Below are positions 18,617 through 27,741 of a DNA stretch of 64,000 nt, piece after piece; positions within the stretch are counted from its first letter, which is position 1, and each line of letters starts with the position of its first letter. The notes under the pieces were generated by a model. That model ran no database searches. It saw only the letters and a list, made by a program, of their open reading frames with translations, and was not told the origin of the DNA. A program made the translations under genes and the position numbers. The DNA is from Chroococcales cyanobacterium. Its GTDB lineage: Bacteria > Cyanobacteriota > Cyanobacteriia > Cyanobacteriales > Nostocaceae. The DNA lies in the NCBI GenBank assembly GCA_038259325.1, contig JBBSOX010000018.1, positions 5,901 through 69,900 of the forward strand, given 5' to 3'.

Positions 18617-19954
18617 ATGAACCAATCTGCGAAAAGTTACTCGCCGCTCCAAGTAGCCTTGATTGGTGGAGCGATCGCCACTACTGCTACGATGTCTGTG
18701 TTCGGCCCCGCTTGGACTCGTGCTGTCCGTGCCTCTCTAGCCCTACAAGACAGCCCGAAAGTGATAGTTGACCAAGTTTGGCAACTGGTGAATCATGAAT
18801 ATGTTGATGGCAAATTTAATCAACAAAATTGGCAAGCAACTAGACAAAGCCTGTTGAGCAAAGACTATTCTTCCCGGGAAGAAGCTTATGCTGCCATCCG
18901 CGAAGCTTTACAAAAGTTGGGAGATCCTTACACTCGATTCATGGACCCCAAACAGTTTGAAGCCCTGACTAGCCAAACATCTGGAGAAGTCTCTGGCATT
19001 GGCATTCGGATGGAAGTCAACGAAAAAACTCAGCGACTCACTGTTGTCGAAGCCATAGAAAATTCTCCGGCACTAAAAGCTGGGATCAAAGCAGGCGATG
19101 AAATTTTGGCAATTGACGGCAAACCCACTCTCAAAATGAAAGTGGATGACGCCTCCAAGCTAATTCGTGGCAAAGCGGGTACTCCCATCAAGTTAAAGCT
19201 GGGACGGAAAGGGCAAAATGCCTTTGATTTGAAGCTGACAAGGGCAAATATTGAAGTGCCAACGGTACGTCATACCCTAAGACAAGAAGGAAATCGCCGC
19301 GTTGGCTATATCCGTTTGCGGGAATTTAGCGCTCACGCCGCAGAACAAATGCAACGAGCCATCCGCGATTTGAACACTAAGAAAGCCGATTCTTATGTCT
19401 TGGATTTGCGGGGAAATCCTGGCGGGTTGTTACAGGCGAGCATTGAAATTGCTCGGATGTGGTATAATGACGGCGGAATTGTGAAGACAGTAAACCGTGT
19501 GGGCGGCACTGAGGAAACTAAAGCCAATCGCACTGCTCTAACAAATCGTCCTTTGGCGGTCTTAGTAGATGGTAATTCAGCTAGTGCTAGCGAAATCCTC
19601 ACAGGAGCGCTCAAGGATAATAAGCGGGCGGTAGTCGTAGGTGGTCAAACCTTTGGTAAGGCCTTAGTGCAGTCAGTTCATGAACTCGCAGATGGTTCCG
19701 GGTTGGCAGTTACCATTGCCCATTATTACACTCCTGCGGGAACGGATATTAATCGTAAAGGGATTACACCAGATATCAAGCTAGACTTGACAGAGGCTCA
19801 AGAGCGGCAGTTGGCTACTAATCCAGATTTAATTGGAACTAAGAGTGATCCACAATATGCCCGTGCGATCGCAATTTTATTAAATAATTTTGCCCAACCG
19901 CCAGCAAATCAGCCCACTCGACCTATGAGCCGCGCCGATAACCTAAAATTTTAG
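18617..19954 (+). CDS. ctpB: Carboxyl-terminal processing protease (S41, PDZ domain)
   Basis: LGDPYTRF, GIGI PDZ loop, DLRGNPGGLL, NSASASEI (catalytic Ser), TFGKALVQ (catalytic Lys). Confidence 0.9.
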   Translation: MNQSAKSYSPLQVALIGGAIATTATMSVFGPAWTRAVRASLALQDSPKVIVDQVWQLVNHEYVDGKFNQQNWQATRQSLLSKDYSSREEAYAAIREALQKLGDPYTRFMDPKQFEALTSQTSGEVSGIGIRMEVNEKTQRLTVVEAIENSPALKAGIKAGDEILAIDGKPTLKMKVDDASKLIRGKAGTPIKLKLGRKGQNAFDLKLTRANIEVPTVRHTLRQEGNRRVGYIRLREFSAHAAEQMQRAIRDLNTKKADSYVLDLRGNPGGLLQASIEIARMWYNDGGIVKTVNRVGGTEETKANRTALTNRPLAVLVDGNSASASEILTGALKDNKRAVVVGGQTFGKALVQSVHELADGSGLAVTIAHYYTPAGTDINRKGITPDIKLDLTEAQERQLATNPDLIGTKSDPQYARAIAILLNNFAQPPANQPTRPMSRADNLKF

Positions 19955-19987
19955 ATTGACGCCAGTGATTTGTTGCCAGGTGTTTAT

Positions 19988-21399
19988 CAGAAAAATGGGT
20001 TTAAAACCCTGTGCTTCCAGCACGGCTTTGATTTACTAGAGTTAGGTTCTCCACTAAATGTTTTAAAATAGTGGAATGCTAACCATGAATTACCGCTACC
20101 GAATCTATCCAAACATCACTCAAGAACAGTCACTTTTTGAGTGGATGGATGTTTGTCGCCTTGCCTATAATTACGGGCTACGAGAAATTAAGGATTGGTG
20201 CAATAGCCGGAAATGCATGGTTGACAGATGCTCGATTAGCCATGAATACATCATGGCTTCGGATGCTCCTTTCCCTAGTGAAGTAAAACAACTTAACGCA
20301 TTACCAAATGCTAAAAAGATATTTCCCCGGTTAGGAGAAGTACCAAGTCAGGTTTTGCAGCAATCTATCAAACAATTGCACCGAGCATGGGAGGGATTTC
20401 AGAAAATTGGGCATGGTTTCCCAAGGTTCAAAAAGTTTGGGCAATTCAAGTCTTTGTTGTTCCCACAGTTTAAACAGAACCCCGTGCAAGGAGTACATAT
20501 TACTCTGCCTAAGCTTGGGACAATTCCAATTAACTTGCATCGCTCAATCCCTAATGGTTTTGTGGTTAAACAAGTTCGGATAATTAACAAAGCGGATATT
20601 TGGTACGCTTCCATTAATATTCAATTTGATGTTAATGTTCCCAATCCAATGCCACATGGTCATCCAATTGGGGTAGATGTTGGGCTTTCCAAGTTTTTAG
20701 CAACTAGTGACGGTGTTCTTGTAAAGTCGCCTAAGTTTCTGAAAGTGATGCAAAGCAAGCTGAAATTGCTGCAACGTAGACTTTCGAGAAAAAAGAAGCG
20801 CTCCAAGAATTACGAGAAACAGCGCATTAAAGTTGCTAGAATTCACCACACAATTGATAACATCCGCAAGGATTTCCACTTTAAGCAAGCTCACGCCCTT
20901 TGTGACTCCTCTGATATGGTCTTCATGGAAGACTTGGATTACCGAACTCTTGGCTCTGGGATGCTTGGCAAACAGATGCTTGATTCGGGGTTTGGACAGT
21001 TCCGAACCATCACCAAATACGTGTGTTGGAAACGTGGCAAATTCTTTGGTGAAGTTAGTGCAAGGGGTACTTCTCAGGAATGTCCTGAGTGTGGTGCAGA
21101 AGTTAGAAAAGACTTGAGTGTTAGAGTGCATCATTGTTTGAGTTGCAACTATACAACGGATAGAGATGTTGCTAGCGGCCAAGTAATTAGAAATAGAGGA
21201 ATAGCCATCATTAGTACGGCGGGACACGTCGGAATCAAAAATGCTTGTGCAGACGGTCTACCGGGGATTGGGGAAACTCAGTCTAGGCAAGTGTCGAAAC
21301 CCCGCAAGGCTTGCCTTGAGCGCAGTCGAAAGGGAAAAACCAAGAAATCTAAGAAGTGATTCTTAGAAGCTCCGAGGCTTTAGCCCGGAGTGATGTCAC
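19988..21399 (+). mobile_element. IS200/IS605-family (IS1341-type, tnpA-less) element 1
   Basis: Left hairpin ACCCTGTGCTTCCAGCACGGCTT near 20005-20030. Right hairpin CTCCGAGGCTTTAGCCCGGAG followed by TCAC at 21396-21399. The left boundary is approximate. Confidence 0.7.
20076..21359 (+). CDS. tnpB: RNA-guided endonuclease TnpB
   Basis: YRYRIYP N-terminus, GFPRFKK, RuvC-I GVDVGL, RuvC-II FMEDL, Zn finger CPECG...CLSC, RuvC-III DRD. Confidence 0.95.
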   Translation: MLTMNYRYRIYPNITQEQSLFEWMDVCRLAYNYGLREIKDWCNSRKCMVDRCSISHEYIMASDAPFPSEVKQLNALPNAKKIFPRLGEVPSQVLQQSIKQLHRAWEGFQKIGHGFPRFKKFGQFKSLLFPQFKQNPVQGVHITLPKLGTIPINLHRSIPNGFVVKQVRIINKADIWYASINIQFDVNVPNPMPHGHPIGVDVGLSKFLATSDGVLVKSPKFLKVMQSKLKLLQRRLSRKKKRSKNYEKQRIKVARIHHTIDNIRKDFHFKQAHALCDSSDMVFMEDLDYRTLGSGMLGKQMLDSGFGQFRTITKYVCWKRGKFFGEVSARGTSQECPECGAEVRKDLSVRVHHCLSCNYTTDRDVASGQVIRNRGIAIISTAGHVGIKNACADGLPGIGETQSRQVSKPRKACLERSRKGKTKKSKK

Positions 21400-21478
21400 G
21401 AAAACTGCTTAATATACCCTTCTAAGATTTTGGATTGGGAATAATTAGTTAGTAATCCCAAACCAAAATCTCAGATTT

Positions 21479-22447
21479 ATGAATCATCAGCCAGTTGATA
21501 CAACCACCGCCACCAGTTTTTTACCAATGGTGTCGGTGGTTGTTCCTATTTATAACGGTGAAGCGGATTTACCAGAGTTAATCAATTGTCTGTTGTCTCA
21601 AACTTACCCGAAAGACCGGGTAGAGTACTTGTTGGTGGACAATAATAGTAGCGATCGCACTCTCACCATCCTCAAAACATTTGCCGAAAATTGCTCAATT
21701 ACAATTCGCCCCTTGAGCGAAAACCAAATTCAAAGCTCCTATGCTGCTCGTAATACTGGGATTCGCGCCGCTACAGGTGAAATTATAGTTTTTACCGATG
21801 CTGATTGTCGCCCACAACCGCAATGGTTAGATGCACTGATTCAGCCTTTTGTCAACAAAGAAGTGATAATTGTCGCTGGTGAAATTTTGGCACTACCAGG
21901 CACAACTCTGCTAGAACAACACGCAGCCCATCAAGAAACTTTGTCGCAAAAACATACCCTTAATCATTCCTTTCGCCCCTATGGTCAAACCGCTAATTTG
22001 GGGATTCGACGCATTGGCTTAGAAAAAGCAGGGTTATTTCGTCCCTATCTTACCAGTGGTGGCGATGCCGACATTTGCTGGCGGATTTTGGGGGAAAACA
22101 TTGGGCGTTTGGAACTTGCCCCGAATGCGATCGTTCAGCACCGCCACCGCGCTACACTCAAAGAACTGCAAAGTCAATGGCGGCGTTATGGATACTCAAA
22201 TCGCTATCTACACGAGCTGCATGGTGTCGATTTGATGCGAGAGATTACACCCAAAGAATGCGGCTATCGTTTGGCACGTTGGTTCTTGAAGGAAATACCA
22301 AGGGATATTAAAAAGGCTATCGCGGGTCAAGCCACCCTTGTAGATTTATTAAATACTCCCATTGGTTTGTTCACAGCTAGGGCACGTACTGCTGGGCAAC
22401 GAAACGCCAAGCTGCCAGAGAATGCCAAGATAATTGCTCGACTTTGA
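21479..22447 (+). CDS. Glycosyltransferase family 2
   Basis: VSVVVPIYN, VDNNSSD, YAARNTG, FTDADC, GGDAD. Confidence 0.92.
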   Translation: MNHQPVDTTTATSFLPMVSVVVPIYNGEADLPELINCLLSQTYPKDRVEYLLVDNNSSDRTLTILKTFAENCSITIRPLSENQIQSSYAARNTGIRAATGEIIVFTDADCRPQPQWLDALIQPFVNKEVIIVAGEILALPGTTLLEQHAAHQETLSQKHTLNHSFRPYGQTANLGIRRIGLEKAGLFRPYLTSGGDADICWRILGENIGRLELAPNAIVQHRHRATLKELQSQWRRYGYSNRYLHELHGVDLMREITPKECGYRLARWFLKEIPRDIKKAIAGQATLVDLLNTPIGLFTARARTAGQRNAKLPENAKIIARL

Positions 22448-22590
22448 CACTCCCCGAATTAGAAATTCGGGGATTCTTGCTTCACGGGGATTCCAACGAA
22501 TTTACCTTTACTCTTGCATCTTGACCGTATGCCCTACGGCGTTACCGTCGTTACCAGGGAGCGGCCCAACGTTAACAAGCTCTCTCGTTT
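22444..22590 (-). mobile_element. Orphan IS200/IS605 right end / omega-RNA-like remnant
   Basis: Minus strand reads GCCGTAGGGCATACGGTC (AVGHTV, resembling a tnpB C-terminus)...AAGCAAGAATCCCCGAATTTCTAATTCGGGGAGTG-TCAA, with a 9-bp stem and TCAA terminus. The far boundary is uncertain. Confidence 0.65.
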
Positions 22591-22664
22591 TGCCTTTATT
22601 CCTTTTGTTCAATGACTGTCAACTTTCGCTAAATTGGAAAAAGGTAAATTTAAGGGAATTCTAA

Positions 22665-23360
22665 ATGTCAGCACAATTGTTACTGGTGGATGATGAACCA
22701 GGGATACGGGAAGCCGTGAAGGATTATTTGCAAGAGAGCGGTTTCAGCGTTCAAGTCGCCAGTAACGCCCTTGAAGGTTGGGAATGGATGCAAATGAATA
22801 CACCTGACTTAGTGATTTCTGATGTCATGATGCCTCAGGTGGATGGTTATCAGTTCCTGAAGCAACTGCGGGAAGACCCTCGCTTCCAGGCACTGCCTGT
22901 AGTATTTTTAACTGCTAAAGGTATGACAGGCGATCGCATCCAAGGCTATCATGCTGGTGTCGATGCCTATCTACCCAAACCCTTCGATCCAGATGAATTA
23001 GTGGCTATAGTCGAAAATTTGCTAGCCCGTCGCGTCGCTAAGGCTGCAACTACAGGAGATGAAGTTGAAACCCCTGATCTCGCTGAACTAGCCAATCAGA
23101 TTGCCCAAATTAAGGCATTGTTAACTCAAAGAAATGCCATTTCCCAATCACCAGCCCCTTTCAAAATTGATTTGACTCCTAGAGAGCAAAGTGTTCTAAA
23201 TTTGGTCGCTGAAGGATTGATGAACAAAGAAATCGCCCGTCGTTTGGAAACCAGCGTCCGCAATGTAGAAAAATACGTCAGCCGTTTGTTTAGTAAAACT
23301 GGCACCAATAGCCGTACAGAGTTAGTTCGTTTCGCACTAGAACACGGGCTTGCTAAATAG
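22665..23360 (+). CDS. NarL/LuxR-family response regulator (Ycf29/Rre1-like)
   Basis: LLLVDD, DVMMP (phospho-Asp), LTAK, KPF; C-terminal LTPRE...GLMNKEIARRL HTH. Confidence 0.92.
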   Translation: MSAQLLLVDDEPGIREAVKDYLQESGFSVQVASNALEGWEWMQMNTPDLVISDVMMPQVDGYQFLKQLREDPRFQALPVVFLTAKGMTGDRIQGYHAGVDAYLPKPFDPDELVAIVENLLARRVAKAATTGDEVETPDLAELANQIAQIKALLTQRNAISQSPAPFKIDLTPREQSVLNLVAEGLMNKEIARRLETSVRNVEKYVSRLFSKTGTNSRTELVRFALEHGLAK

Positions 23361-23380
23361 ACAGTTTTTGAATTGAGCAT

Positions 23381-23495
23381 AGGGCATGGAGCATGGGGCA
23401 TGGGGCATTGGGCATCGGTTATTCTCTTTGTCCCCTTGTCCCCTTGTTCCCCTCATATCCCTCATCTTCCCCTGCTCCCTGCTCCCACTGCTTGC
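23381..23495. repeat. STRR arrays (GGCATGG, TGTCCCC and related) between convergent genes
   Basis: Tandem heptamer and nonamer repeats visible directly. Confidence 0.85.
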
Positions 23496-23974
23496 CCTCT
23501 TCTTGTCGGTAATTGGTAATAGGTAGCTGGCTGCTAAACCATGTCCTATTACCAGTAATATATAAAACATAAGTCTTTCAGCAAATCAGGCACTTAGCTA
23601 AAGTAAAAAGCTAAAAGAAAGGTTATTTATTTTCACTTTGGCTTTTTAGGTTTTTATTGAATTTGCGCCTGTTGTCCAATTCCCCATCTGTAAAGACACA
23701 GGGTTTTGTTATTCCTGCAATGTTTTGATAAAAACTCGGTAAAATGCACCCGGCTGAATTTGCTCTTAGATTCTACCAGTAACCTTTGCTACAAAGTTTT
23801 TAATAGAGGAAACTGTTCCTGGGACTTTGTGCTGCTAAATAAGACTTTCACAAAGTAGAAATCACAATATTTGATGAATTCTACTTGCTGCTTAGTTTTT
23901 ATTGCAACGGGGCTATGGGATCAACATTTGATTTGATGCCCAATTCATGTTTTCTCGCTACTGAAATTACACCT

Positions 23975-24259
23975 TTAAGGTTGGGGATTTTCAGCAGCAT
24001 TACGCAAGCGCATCAGTTGGCGTCGCATTTGAGGTGAGGCTTTGAACTCGGACACTTCCTGCGCTTTAACGGACGCTTGTAGCGTCTCTAGAAAGTCATC
24101 AGAACCCTCGGTCAAGGCATCAAGTAATACCTGTAACAGTTGTTCGCGATCGCCCAATAGACTCTTTTCCTCAATCAACCGAAACTTGAGATGGATTTCG
24201 CACTCATAAACACCTACTTCGAGATTATTTATCTGGCGTGGTAATGCTTTGGAGTTCAT
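23975..24259 (-). CDS. Npun_R1517-family small protein
   Basis: EVGVYECEIHLKFRLIEE and ASPQMRRQLMRLRN; family recognised from memory. Confidence 0.7.
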   Translation of the reverse strand: MNSKALPRQINNLEVGVYECEIHLKFRLIEEKSLLGDREQLLQVLLDALTEGSDDFLETLQASVKAQEVSEFKASPQMRRQLMRLRNAAENPQP

Positions 24260-25134
24260 AGCTATTGAGATTCCTTTACTTGGTGGTCATGAGGGTAAGG
24301 AGGTAGATGTCCAGCAAAATTCTTTATATCTTGTTTGAATCAAAAGTGCTTGAATTAAGAATTTTTCTTCATCAATCACCTTTGTATTCCATTTCACTCT
24401 CCTGTGCTTTATTTTCAAGCTAGATTTTGATGTTCTTGTGCCAGATGTAGCTTATGGTAAGCCATAACTATTATTCAGTTTTTAAGATTCTACACAATAA
24501 AGTTTCTGTAAGAAGTTGTTCAGCCTTTTTAAAGCTTTTTACACCAACTTTATCTTAACGTCAATAATAGTTTGACTTGTTACTTTAGTTTTGGTGTTTA
24601 TACGTAAGTAAAACCGCTTAATTTTTTTGAGTTTACTAATCCCAGAGGTCGATGTAGCCATACTCAGTAAAATTACTTGATGTACGATTTTTTCAATATA
24701 AAATTCCGAAGAAATTAATCGGCAGAAATATTAAAATAAAAATTTTTGTTACCCATCAAAAAATCTACATAGATTAAATTATTCTTGCCAAGCGCTTTAC
24801 CCTACTGGCTTCTGTCCTTGATTGAGTACAAAAATTTTAGCAATAGGTAAGATTAGGACACCGCTTAGACTTGTTTGTATGCGTCAAATAAAAACACTTT
24901 AACCAGTAATTTTTACAGAAAAATAATTGGACTACTGTCAGTACTAGCAACTAAATTTGTCTTCAACTCGTAACAGAAGTAGTAACTTAATCAGTAGAAG
25001 TGATATTTTTACTTACGCTCATTCAATATACGCTTTTGAAACTGTGTTCAAAGCTTGTAAATTCAGAGCATTCACGCTTGGATATAACGTCTACAATAAT
25101 TTCAGTGTAATTCACCCAAATCTTACACCCTTTT

Positions 25135-25494
25135 ATGGATAACCCGATGCTGCTCAAGTCCACAACCCGGCATATCCGCATTTTTGCAGGTGAAATTGAC
25201 CGGGATGGCGAACTGGTTCCTAGTAAACAGGTCTTAACATTAGATGTTGACCCAGATAACGAATTTAACTGGAATGAAGATGCGCTGCAAAAAGTTTATC
25301 GAAAATTCGATGAACTAGTAGAAGCATCTAGCGGCGTAGACCTCACAGACTATAACTTGCGTCGTGTTGGGTCAGACTTAGAGCATTATCTGCGATCGCT
25401 TTTGCAACTCGGCGAAATCAGCTATAATCTTTCTGCCCGCGTTACCAACTACAGCATGGGAGTCCCCCAAGTTGCAATTGACGACAAAAAATAA
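25135..25494 (+). CDS. ndhM: NDH-1 subunit M
   Basis: LLKSTTRHIRIF, LTLDVDPDNEFNW, DYNLRRVGSDLEH. Confidence 0.95.
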   Translation: MDNPMLLKSTTRHIRIFAGEIDRDGELVPSKQVLTLDVDPDNEFNWNEDALQKVYRKFDELVEASSGVDLTDYNLRRVGSDLEHYLRSLLQLGEISYNLSARVTNYSMGVPQVAIDDKK

Positions 25495-25498
25495 GCTC

Positions 25499-25620
25499 AC
25501 GCGATGTGCAACTTCATATTCTGCTCTTTCTTGTTATAGGAGAGAGGCTTTGAATTCTCCCCATTCCCTACAAGGTAATGGGGCTAGGGTTGAAGTTGGA
25601 GTAAAAGTTGCACACGGCGT
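25499..25620. repeat. Small MITE-like element with 16-bp imperfect TIRs
   Basis: ACGCGATGTGCAACTT ... AAGTTGCACACGGCGT (14/16 match) around an internal hairpin CCCCATT...AATGGGG. Confidence 0.55.
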
Positions 25621-25696
25621 TAAGTTCAAGAGTGACTAGCGGGCTGGCTGAACCCTTCTGTGCCAACTTACAGCTATTTTCAGTAGTACCAAGTTC

Positions 25697-25740
25697 CTCG
25701 TTCCCAGCCAGAGGCTGGGAATATCCTCTATGAGGCTTTG
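25697..25740. repeat. Truncated copy of the CTCGTTCCCAG...CTGGGAAT palindromic repeat
   Basis: Same family as the cargo at 11854-11960. Confidence 0.6.
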
Positions 25741-25830
25741 CGATCTCCCCAAAGAAGTACCCAAAAACGAGATTACAAGATTTTTAAAGCCACTTCATTC
25801 TTCAGGTACTTTTGCCAAAAGCATATTTAA

Positions 25831-27360
25831 CTGATTCGGCGGAATTCCCCGTCCCTCTACAGGGCGGGGATGGATAGCCGGGTGATGACGAAAACACCTC
25901 CGACTAATATCAACCGCAGGTTGATTAGGAAGTGGGGTGTTTGATAGCGGAGCGTAAAGCCTGCGGCATAGGTTCACTTAGAGCGAGTCTGCGTACCCCT
26001 ACGGGAAGCAAGCTACGCTTTTAGCGTCTCGTAAGAGAGCGTCGAAGTCACCAATTATTTTATTTTGGTACTTTAACACAATACATATTTCTGGTAAAGT
26101 ACAGATATCAAGGAGGTGATGTTGAGTGTTACACAAGGTTGTACAAGTCCGTTTATATCCGTCAGTTGAGCAGCAAATTCAATTAGCACAAGCTTTTGGT
26201 TGCGCTCGTTGGTGGTGGAATTATGCCCTAAATAAGTCAATTGAGACTTACAAAGAGACGGGGAAAGGACTTAGCCGTGCAGCACTTAACGCACTTCTTC
26301 CATCGCTCAAAAAATCTGTTGATACGATTTGGTTAGCTGATTGTTACAGTCAAATTTTACAGGCTACAACACTGAATCTAACTACAGCGTACAAAAACTT
26401 TTTTGAGAGCCGCGCTGGATTTCCTAAATTCAAATCTAGGCACGGTAAACAGTCTGTCCAGTATCCTCAAAACGTCAAGATTGTAGATGGGAATGTCAAG
26501 CTCCCTGGCAATATAGGGATAGTCAAAGCCAAAATACACAGGGGGATTGAGGGGAAAGTTAAGACTGTTACGGTGAGTAAAACGCCGTCAGGCAAATATC
26601 TTGCATCTATCCTGACCGAGATAGAGGGTGAAAATCCCGTTAGCTCAGAGGGTAAAATTTACGGTATTGATTTAGGGTTGAAACACTTTGCAGTTGTCAC
26701 AGACGGCGAAAAAGTATCTTTTTACGATAATCCTAAGCACCTTGCCAAGCATGAGAAAAATCTCAAACGCAAGCAGAAAAAATTAGCACGGAAACAAAAA
26801 GGGAGTATTTCAAGAAATAGATATAGAAAAATTGTTGCCAAAGTGTACGAGCGAGTTAGTAATTCGCGGCAAGATTTTCTACATAAACTTAGTTATAAGT
26901 TGGTCAGCGATAGCCAAGCTGTCATAGTAGAGAATCTTCATATCAAAGGTATGGTACGCAACCCTAAATTGGCAAAATCAATATCTGATGTTGGATGGGG
27001 AACATTTACTAACTTTTTAGCCTACAAGTTAGAACGCATTGGTGGAAAGTTGATTGAGATTGATAGATGGTTCCCCAGTTCCAAACTTTGCTCTAATTGT
27101 TTCTATCAAATGAGTGAGATGCCATTGGATATCCGTGAATGGACTTGTCCTCACTGCGGTACTCATCATGACAGGGATGGAAATGCAGCGATAAATATTA
27201 GAGCAGAGGGTATCAGAATGATAAAGACGGAAGGTTCAGCCGTCTCTGCTGTAGGAGGGGAGGTAAGTCCTATTCTTGGGCGAAAGTCTAAGTTTAGGCA
27301 CTCCCCGGTGATTACAGAAGCCCCAACTTCAACCGTACTCGGTAAGTTGGGGTAGTTCAC
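25831..27360 (+). mobile_element. IS200/IS605-family (tnpA-less) element 2
   Basis: Left hairpin CCCCGTCCCTCTACAGGGCGGGG (25847-25869), preceded by TTTAA at 25826-25830. Right hairpin CCCCAACTT...AAGTTGGGG, then TCAC at 27357-27360. Confidence 0.75.
26126..27355 (+). CDS. tnpB: RNA-guided endonuclease TnpB
   Basis: VRLYP, FGCARWWWN, RuvC-I GIDLGL, RuvC-II IVENL, FPSSKLCSNC...CPHC, RuvC-III DRDGNAAINI; GTG start after GGAGG. Confidence 0.95.
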   Translation: MLHKVVQVRLYPSVEQQIQLAQAFGCARWWWNYALNKSIETYKETGKGLSRAALNALLPSLKKSVDTIWLADCYSQILQATTLNLTTAYKNFFESRAGFPKFKSRHGKQSVQYPQNVKIVDGNVKLPGNIGIVKAKIHRGIEGKVKTVTVSKTPSGKYLASILTEIEGENPVSSEGKIYGIDLGLKHFAVVTDGEKVSFYDNPKHLAKHEKNLKRKQKKLARKQKGSISRNRYRKIVAKVYERVSNSRQDFLHKLSYKLVSDSQAVIVENLHIKGMVRNPKLAKSISDVGWGTFTNFLAYKLERIGGKLIEIDRWFPSSKLCSNCFYQMSEMPLDIREWTCPHCGTHHDRDGNAAINIRAEGIRMIKTEGSAVSAVGGEVSPILGRKSKFRHSPVITEAPTSTVLGKLG

Positions 27361-27741
27361 TTATCTTAATTCTTAATTAAAGTTAATTGTTGCTATCCTA
27401 CTTATAAACTAAATAAATACCAACATTATCTGCCTCTTGATCATCGGGTAATTCAGCAAAAGCAAACAGCGCAGTTATGCTTGGGTTATGCTTTGGTAAC
27501 AGGGTTGGAGTTAGTTGCTTTGGCGATGGAGAGTCACAGAGCAATAGAAGCTATGATGAGGCTGTAGGGTTGACTTAGGAGCGTATTCTTTAGATAAATA
27601 AGTATTAGCACCTGCTGATATCCACCAGCTAAAATCATCATCTAAAGTCTGGGTATGTCAAGTTTAAGAAAGATGAGCGGTTTAGATTGTCCCTAATAAT
27701 GCTGTTAAAGAAATTGCCAATCGCTTCCCGGTGCGAAAACT

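Noticed and set aside
24260-25134. Long AT-rich intergenic region and 61-aa ORF at 24957-25142 as possible sRNA or gene
   Set aside because: No recognisable RNA family, terminator or coding signal; consistent with divergent promoters.
25795-25977. 60-aa minus-strand ORF as an IS200 tnpA
   Set aside because: No HUH or catalytic Tyr motif; it reads through the left-end hairpin and small repeats.
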